64,000 nucleotides of DNA from the human T2T-CHM13v2.0 reference genome, Homo sapiens: NCBI RefSeq assembly GCF_009914755.1, contig NC_060944.1. One strand, written 5' to 3'. The translations under genes were made by a program, and so were the position numbers. This document shows, in pieces, positions 55,563-64,000 of this stretch (its first letter is position 1; the number at the start of each line of letters is the position of its first letter). The notes below the pieces were generated by a model that saw only the letters and a list, made by a program, of their open reading frames with translations, was not told where the DNA came from and ran no database searches.

Positions 55563-56217
55563 ACAAGTGACATGGGAAGCTTTTAAAGAGTTAGGCAACA
55601 CTGTTGCCCAACTTAAAAATATAACTCCTTTGATGCCTGGTGAGAAATGGAGTGAAGGGTCAGATGGAACCTGGAGCCTAGTCTTCCCGATGTGGGATGT
55701 GTTGGCATCTGAGCCTGAGATAAAAGGGTGCATACGCATGTGTTTTGGCATGAGCACACACGGGTAGCCATCACATTCTAAAGGCAATTTCCATTCTGCA
55801 CCCTCTGTGATGCCTTGCAAGGCATGCCTTTTCTTTGTGCTTTCATAGCCTTTGGCTTATACTTTTATTTGGCCTGTGTTTAGTTTTACCCTGTTTTAGA
55901 ATTATATGTGTAGCAGGACTGTCAGGAGTGAAGACATGTCTTTTGTAGGAGGGCTTTTGTCTAAATAAGAAAGAGGAAAATGCTTGCACACACAGCTGTA
56001 TTGAAGAGGGATTGAATAGTTTAGCGATTTCACAGAGAGTGACTCCCTGGGTCAGGCCCATGGATTCATTTCTGAGCATTGTGGAGAACGGGGAAAGAAG
56101 GGACTCAGGTTAAAGAGCAGAAAGAGCCGCAGTTCCATAGAAACCAGGGCACAGTCCTGGTGGTGTAGGGCTCAGGGAACACTGTTACTCAGAGGGGAAG
56201 AGAGAGGCATTCATCCC

Positions 56218-56564
56218 TGCTGTCAGCTGAATGTATGTGTCCCATCAAAATTCATATGTGGAGACTTAATCCCTAATGTGATGGAGTTAGGAGGTGATTA
56301 GGTAATGAAGGTGGAACCCTCTTGAATGGGATTAGTGCCCTTATAAAAGAGATCCCAGAGAGCTCATTTGCTCTTCTACCATGTGAGAACACAGTGAGAA
56401 GAGACAATCTATGAACCAGGAGGCATGTTCTTACAAAACACGGAATCTGCAAGTGCCTTGATCTGGGAGTTCCTAGCCTCTAGAATTGTAAGAAATAAAT
56501 TTCTCTTGTTCATAAGCACCCCAGTGTATGGTGTTCTATTATAACAGCCCAAACAGACTAAGAC
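56218..56564 (+). mobile_element. MLT1A-like solo LTR
   Basis: tgaatgtatgtgtcccatcaaaattcatatg...gaatgggattagtgcccttataaaagag...cagactaagaca. Confidence 0.85.
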
Positions 56565-57213
56565 AGTCCTCCTCTTGCTTATAGAATAGCTTGGCTGTAA
56601 GGACATCTAAGACTTCTCGGATGCATTGGTATCATGTGTTTGTGGTTTTGGGATCTTCAGAAGTCAAATGTCTAATCGATTCCAGCACTCTTTGAGTGGA
56701 CGGTGGCCAGCGTGATTGTGGCAAGATGGTACCCTCATGCAAAATCATGAGATTCTGAAGTGCCATCAGCACAAAAGAATGGGAGAAATCAGCTTGTGAA
56801 ATCATTCAAGAACCTCATGCATACCTGGAGAAAGATCTGGGAAAGTCTAGTGGAAGCTTGCTGTTTCCCATGTCTAGTACATGAACCTCTTCTGATGTTG
56901 GAGAAATTGCCCACTGTATGAGACTTCAGGAAAGGCCCTGCCTACCTCTGACCACAGAGCCACAAAGCAAGGCACAGGTACCCACTGTCCCTTCTTTCTT
57001 TGAGGTTAGTCCCTATGGTTGTATCATCTATGCTCAGCCAATCAGAAATACTGCTCCAGGACTTTGGAAGCTATAGAAGCAAAGAAGCAGTGACAGTGGA
57101 GAAACTCCTTCAGAGTGGGTGATGATAGCAAGGGCGGTGGCAGAAACACCCATTCCCATGAGCAGCGGTGGTAGTACCATGGGCCTTCATGTTTGGTACA
57201 GATGGAGTATGGC

Positions 57214-57637
57214 TGTGTGATGAACTGAAAAATGGGCCTCCAAAGATTGTGGCTGTTTCCTTATATGGTAAAATATCTGATAAAGTGAAGGATCTTGAGA
57301 GGAGGAGTTTATCCTACATTATCCATGTGGCCCCTAAATGCAATCTCATGCTTCCTTGTAAGAGACAGGCAGAGGGTGTTTTGAGAGAGATAGACAGAGG
57401 AGAAGGCAATGTGGCCAGGAGGCAGGATATGGCCACAAGCCAAAGAAGGCCTGGAGCCACCAGAAGTTGGAAGAGGCCAGGGAAGAATTCTTCCCTAAAA
57501 CATTTGGAGAGAATATGGCTCTGCAACACACCCCAATTTTGAATTTCTGGCCTCCAGAACTATGAGAGAATACATTTCTGTTTTTGATCCACAGAGTTTG
57601 TGATAATTTGTTAAATCAGGTACAAAAAACAAATATA
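57214..57637 (+). mobile_element. MLT1C/D-like solo LTR, probably within an older ERVL LTR (~56720-57750)
   Basis: ggagccaccagaagttggaagaggccagggaagaattcttccc...ctggcctccagaactatgagagaatacatttctg. Confidence 0.75.
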
Positions 57638-58949
57638 TCTTCCTGTTTGTTTTCTGGGCCAGGTGATCCCAAATTCCTAGCAATTCTCTGAGCCATCCTT
57701 TCAACAAATTTTCTTTTCTGCCTAAATCAGAGGCAGTTTCTGTTGCTTGTCATTAAGAGCTGGGATTGCTAGAGTCAATCTTTCTTGGGAGGAGGGGATG
57801 ACAATGTTCAGAGACAAAAAAAAAAATGCTGCCCCAGAACATAATCTACTTTGTACCCATTTTCTGCTGAGCCCTAGAGAAAACCAGCTTACAATGGCCA
57901 TAATATTTCTGCCTCCTTCATCAGCCACTGCTGGTGCCACTCCTTCATCAGTCTATGTACATCATCCCAGGGAGATCAAAAGTACAGAACATTGGTTAAC
58001 CTTAGCCTTCAGTAAGGATGTTAATTTTCTCAGATATGGGAGAGAAATAAGGAAGGGGAGAGATTTTGATGGGGAGAACACATTGAAGGTACTAACCCCA
58101 TCTGGTGTAAGTCTTCTCAGAATGCTGAGCAGCTCCTTAGAATGTGAGTGTTGCAGGTTTGGGACCAAGATGGTGTGAATGAGTGGCTCACACACACCCT
58201 TTCTTACCCATGCCTGTGGCAGATACGACTAATCAATTCTTGTACTCTTTTTCTCACAATCCTTCTAAAACAGTGATCTGAATAGCTGTTCTCAATTGTT
58301 TGGATGTAGAATAGGATATAAAATCTATTGGCATTTTTAGTTTGTAGGCTTGAGGAAAGGAGAGACAGATAGCACAGAGTAAGCAACGGGAGCTGAATGC
58401 AGGAATGACTTAGCATCTGTGAAGGCCTGAGAGGAACATCAGGACATTGCAGTGAATCTAGTAGGTGTATAGTTATAACTTTCTCCTGCAGGTCTGTTGG
58501 GCCAAATATTGAGTCCGAGCATGGTCAATGGGTTTTGTTAAGAGGGGAAGGTAGAAGGACTAGAAGGTAAGGAGACACTTACAGTGCTCTTGATATGGTT
58601 CACCAGGAGTCTCCTGGACTTTCATGAAGTGGATGGAGAATGAGAGCACTTTAATATAGGTTTAATGATGCAATAATGAGAAAGCGTGCAGGGTCAATGG
58701 AGGCAAAATGATAAAAGGTAGAGTGCAGAAGGAAGTAACAGCCAGAACATGGGATTTCAAAACGTGCTATCAGAGGTGAAGTAGTTCTGAGGGATGGTTG
58801 CATATAGTCATGGCCCTGTGGAGGATGACTGGTGTGGGGTGGGGAATGGAAGATGTTGAACTTAGGAGATCAAGGGAATGCAAGTTCAATTTGCTGCATG
58901 GGTTTGCAAAGTGGACACTGAGATGAAGAGGATTTGTGTCAAAGAGGAA

Positions 58950-59850
58950 ACCAATCACCAAAATATAAAAGAAACTCAAACAACTCAACAACAGTAACAA
59001 CAAAACCCCAAATATCCTATTAAAAAGTGGGCAAAGAACATTTTTCAAAAGAAGATATGTAAACAATCAACAGACATATGAAAAAATGCTCAACATCACT
59101 AATCATCAGAAAAATGCAAATTGAAACCATAATGATGTATCATCCTACTCCAGAATGGCTATTATTAAAAAGATTTAAAAAGAAATGTTAGCAAGGATGT
59201 GCGGAAAAGGGAACTCTTATATACTGTTGGTGGGAATGTAAATTAGTGCAGCCTCTAAGGAAAACAGTATGGAGATTTCTCAAAAAACTAAAAGAGGACT
59301 ACCATTGATCCAGCAATTCCACTCCTGGGTATCTACCCAAGGAAAATAAATCAATATATCAAAAAGGTACCTGTACTTGTATGTTTATCATAGCACTATT
59401 CACAATAGCAAAGATATGGAATCAAACTAAGTGTCCATCAACAGACAGATGGATTAAAAAATGTGGTAAATATACATAACAGAATACTAGTCAGCCATAA
59501 AAAAGAATAAAATCATCTTTTGCCACAACATGGATGGAACTGGTGGTCATTATCTTAAGTGAAGCAACCCAGGCCCATAAAGAAAAATATTACATGTTCT
59601 CAGTTTTCACTGGTTATTAAAAAATCTGTTCACATGACCATAGAGGTGGAATGATAGGTAACAGAGACTTGGAAGGGTGAGGGGGTGTGAAGGGAGAGGA
59701 TGGTGAGAAATTACTTAATAGTATAATGTACATTATTTGAGTGATAGATACCACAAAAGTCCTGAGTTGGTTGCTATGCAGCCTATACATGTAGCAAAAT
59801 CACACAGGTACCTCATAAATTTAAACACATTTATAGATATTTCAAAAAAA
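58950..59850 (+). mobile_element. L1MA-type 3' end (ORF2 C-terminus and 3' UTR)
   Basis: aaaatgctcaacatcactaatcatcag; ccagcaattccactcctgggtatctaccc; acaacatggatggaactgg. Confidence 0.88.
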
Positions 59851-59899
59851 CTACAGTTTTTATTCAAAATTCAGCATTGAATATTAAAACAAAGAATAT

Positions 59900-60235
<336 letters not shown>

Positions 60236-60579
60236 AAAACAAATAATATATAGTTTGAATACTTCTATGAGTATCAGTTTTTTATTCCTTGATTTTTCTT
60301 GGCCACGTTTATGATGATAAAGTATAACCGAGGTGTCAATATGCGTTGTGTTTTGTTTTCATTGAATTCTCCCCTCCTCCAGCTCTAAGAAGAAGGTAAC
60401 CAGAACTCTGTATGCTTTGATTCTCTTTGTTGTTGGATAAGATGGGAAGATGCCTGGAAGTACTCTCCCAACCCATTCCCCATTCCATGTCAAAAACACA
60501 TGCACTTGGTGTTTACGACTTCTGTTTCACAAACTATAACTCTTTGATGTGATTGTGCCAGGGAGAGGAGAAAAGGGAG

Positions 60580-61033
60580 CATTAGTGAGGGTCCCAACAG
60601 AAAACAGCACACGCACATGGGCTAGCTGAATGCATTTAATGAGGGAGCAATTTACAAAATTGTGGGAAAGGTTAAAAGAAACAAAGAATGGTGCAGCACT
60701 CCATGGCTAGGAACAGAGAGGAGCCTTTACCAGCTCTAGATCTGCAAGGTACGGAAGTGATTACTAAAACCAGAACCAGCCACCAGATAAGAGCTGTGGC
60801 CCCTGGTAGAGGGAGAAGCCCAATCTGTGATGACCGGACAGGAGAGAATCTGAGGAAATAAAACACCTACTTCACTCTATTCCTACCTTCCAATATGGCA
60901 CCTTCCATTGGCTGAACTCGTAACCCCATTAACCAAACCCAAATCAAGGCCAGGAGGCAAGAGAGTTGGTTGATGTGGAACTTAAAGGTTAGTCTCCAAA
61001 TACTGAGTAGGTGGTATGCGTAGCTCTGGAGGG
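60580..61033 (-). mobile_element. ERVL LTR (LTR33-like)
   Basis: Similar to 13104-13612: ggaaataaaacacc...ccattggctgaactc...ctctggaggggaaatggaaaatatctagc. Confidence 0.6.
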
Positions 61034-62059
61034 GAAATGGAAAATATCTAGCTTAGGGGGTGAGTACCTTTTTGGGGTGGGAAGGAGACAAAAAAGGAAT
61101 AAATTTCCCAAGACAGAGCAGCATAGTGGTTTTGGGCTTCAGGACCAGATTTAGCGGGATTATGTGCCTCAGCCCCTATTGTACCCAGGGGTGGGACAGG
61201 GTTTCACAGAGCACCCAGAGGCTGTATTCTCAGTGCCAGGTGTCCCAGCCTCAGACAACAGAACAGAAACATAGAACAAACCCAAAGCCAAGAGAGCTCC
61301 TGCAGGAGATTCTGTGTTGCAAAAACAATTAATTTATCTTTAGAGGAGAAAGACTCTATAATGTGTAAGGTCAAATTTCCCACATTCTCGCAGGATTGGG
61401 GTTAAGAATTAGAATGAATTTGCATTTAGAAAAACCAAGTAACTGTATTTCCTGCATGCTTAGGATCTGAGAGTGAAATTTGTATTGATTATGCTAATAA
61501 ATGAATTCAAGTATAATAAAAAAGTCTTAACAGATAATTCAGACTAATCCAAGTGCTCCTTCATGTCTGAACCTCTCCAATGCCTCAGATATGTGTGAGT
61601 GAAAGAGGGTGCAGGCTTGGGTGCCCCTCCTAAGTCGGAATGGGCCTAAAAGCAGCAGAGTTCTTTCAGAATCTTACAGGACAATGAGACAACAAGTTAT
61701 TTGGTGAGGAAAGGGTCAACACTGGTCTCAGATTCATCCAGAAATCAGACTACTCCAGATAGAGGCTCTGCCATCAAGCTGGTATTTTTGGTTAATCACC
61801 TGACACGCTCTTGATTCTGTCTTTCCCTGGTTTGAGCAGCGGCATCAACAGCCTCAAGACCTTGAAGTCAAATTGTGCCATTGGCTAAAAGTTTTGCAGA
61901 GCTCCACTGTGTTGTGGAGAGCTCACTGTCATCCCCTCCAGCTGGCAGCCCATTGTATGCCTCATGGAATGGCTTAGGTGTCACATACTGAGATGTGAGT
62001 GTCATTTAAGGATGCGAGGAGAGAAGGCTTGAATGTGCACAGAGACAGCCAAGAGGATA

Positions 62060-62230
62060 GCATTAGGGTGGGAAGAACTGGGCTTTGAATCAGAGTATGT
62101 GGGTGCAAGTCCATGCTCCAGTGCTCACCAGCTGTGTGACACTGGACGTATCACTTAAGCTTTCTGAGCCTCTACATCTATGAGAGATAGGTTATGGGAC
62201 TTGTTCAAATGTACACAGATGGAAAGTGCA
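62060..62230. mobile_element. MIR SINE
   Basis: ctgggctttgaatcagag...cagctgtgtgacactggac...tctgagcctc. Confidence 0.65.
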
Positions 62231-62469
62231 GCAATCCAAATTCTAACTTTGATCTGTCCAATTTATTATTCGTTCATCGAAAAATGTTTACTGAACAAGT
62301 CATTGTGCCAGATATGGGGAATATCTCCTGTCATTGAGCCATCAAGGAAGAAAGAGCTTAAACAAATAATAATGAGTGTGGTTAGTGCTATAGAGAAGCA
62401 GAGGGTCTATTAGAAGAATATAAAAGGAAGAACAGTAAATGGGGTAAAAAATGGTATAATTTATATTCT

Positions 62470-62885
62470 AGTAGAACACTCACTATTACAGCTATTATTA
62501 TCTAAGATGCAGAAACATTTTATGCACAAATCTATTAGTTATAATATTATTCATAATAACAGGAAGTTGGAAACAACCTAAGCGTCCAACCATAGGGGAC
62601 CAGTTAAATAAATTGTGCCAAATTGTTGTGTTATATAATAGAGTCACTTAAAATGATGCTTATTATAGTTTATGATGTTATGGGGGAAACATACAGTAAA
62701 TGTGTGAAAAATACAGAGCATGAGGTTGTTTATACTGTATAATCTCATATATACTTGAGGAAAGAGCCTATGTATGTAATATATGTAAACTATATAATTC
62801 ACATGTATTTGGGTGAAGAGTATGTGAAGGAAGAACCTAGATCATTCTGAGTAGTGGTGGAAATTATAAACAATTATTTTTATTT
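62470..62885 (+). mobile_element. L1ME-type 3' fragment
   Basis: ggaagttggaaacaacctaagcgtccaaccatagggg. Confidence 0.6.
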
Positions 62886-63119
62886 ATTTTTTCATACATT
62901 TCATAAATTCCCTAGCGAACCAAAGGAAAATAATAAATAAAACCTCATGCAGCACTAATGTATTTGTTGAATACCTGCTCTAATGTCACAAGAATTTATG
63001 TGGCCCTTAGGAATACAGGAGATCATAAGGTATGTCAAGGATTCACCTAGGAGGAGCCCATATGCTTGCTGGGATACACAAAATAAACATATGCTGCAAT
63101 AGAAAACAAGATGATGCTA

Positions 63120-63390
63120 AATAATAATAATTCAGGCAATTCACTGAGTGTTAGCATAACAGCAACTTGCCTTAAATGAGCATGTACTCTACCCGAGATA
63201 CTGTTGTAAATACTTTCCATATGTCATCACCTTGCATGATGGGAACACACATTACTCCATTTTATGGATGTCATAATTGAGACTGAGAGAGTTACTTAGT
63301 AACTTTGCTAAGGTCACACAACTAATAAGTGATGAAGTCAGATTCCAACCCTTGCTTTTTTAATATTAAGGCTGGGCTCCTCATCATTAT
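63120..63390. mobile_element. MIR SINE
   Basis: ccattttatggatgtcataattgagactgagagagtt...taactttgctaaggtcacacaactaataagtg. Confidence 0.7.
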
Positions 63391-64000
63391 GCTGCAATGC
63401 CTATGAACAGCTTTCTAGGGAAGAGAAAAGTTGAAGTTGGCCTTAAAGAATGGTAGGATTTATAGAGACACAGGAACCACAGCAGGGAATGGAACATGGG
63501 GGACACATAATTTGATATTTTCTGAATACTTATTGGGTTCTTCTCTGAGCTAGACGTGGGGAGAATTGGGTGGCCTCAGCCCTGCTCACTGGGCACATTC
63601 ATTCAATGCATGCTTGCTGAGCTCCTGCTGTATGCCCCCACACGATGTGCAAGGAGAACCATGGCCCCCACTCTTACGAAAAATGCAGGCTAGTGGCAGG
63701 TACTGACACTAAACATAAAGCAAAAACAATCTGTGAAGAAAAATAAAGCTCCAATTAAGAAAAGTGAAATGTCTATAAAAGAGTCAAAAGCAGATACGTG
63801 TGTCAAGGATGAACAGAAAGGCTGGGAGCTGGCTCTGGGATCTGAATTAAAAATGATTCTCAGCTTGGCTAAGGATATTTGGGGTCCATTCACAGGCAAT
63901 TCTCAGAATAATAATTGTTAATAGGGACTGGAACTTAAAACTTATCTCATCAGGATATTGGCTTGACTTCATCTGAATCTCAGTTACCTAGTCTTTACAA

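Larger units (their letters stand above)
54285..55670 (-). mobile_element. L2 fragment interrupted by an Alu and an MLT1
   Basis: ttcatttgacaaatattc...gcccctgctctcctggagctgacatt; resumes after each insertion. Confidence 0.65.

Overview
This is mammalian, almost certainly human or great-ape, non-coding DNA: it carries AluY/AluS and L1PA3/L1PA4-type elements and is strongly CpG-depleted. I recognise no cellular protein-coding exon, RNA gene, CpG island or CRISPR array. The longest ORFs are L1 ORF2; the rest are repeat-derived or chance. The window is a layered mosaic of old elements (L3/CR1, L2, MIR, L1M, MaLR/ERVL LTRs, hAT and Tc/mariner MITEs) and young ones (Alus, two 5'-inverted L1PA insertions, and a 5'-truncated MER4-group provirus with integrase and env-TM remnants and a MER83/84-like LTR). 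The structures not explained by simple repeat annotation are: (1) a ~110-240 bp sequence in three copies within 4.3 kb, two inverted and one pasted into an LTR; (2) two overlapping fold-back hairpins at 11.8 kb; (3) a ~175 bp palindrome with 20-bp subrepeats at 37.1-37.3 kb; (4) a dense TGACA (MEIS/TALE) plus T-box motif cluster at 17.4-17.7 kb; (5) an AG|GTGAG recursive-splice-like site at 28.19 kb. Subfamily names come from remembered consensus sequences, and boundaries of old repeats are approximate.
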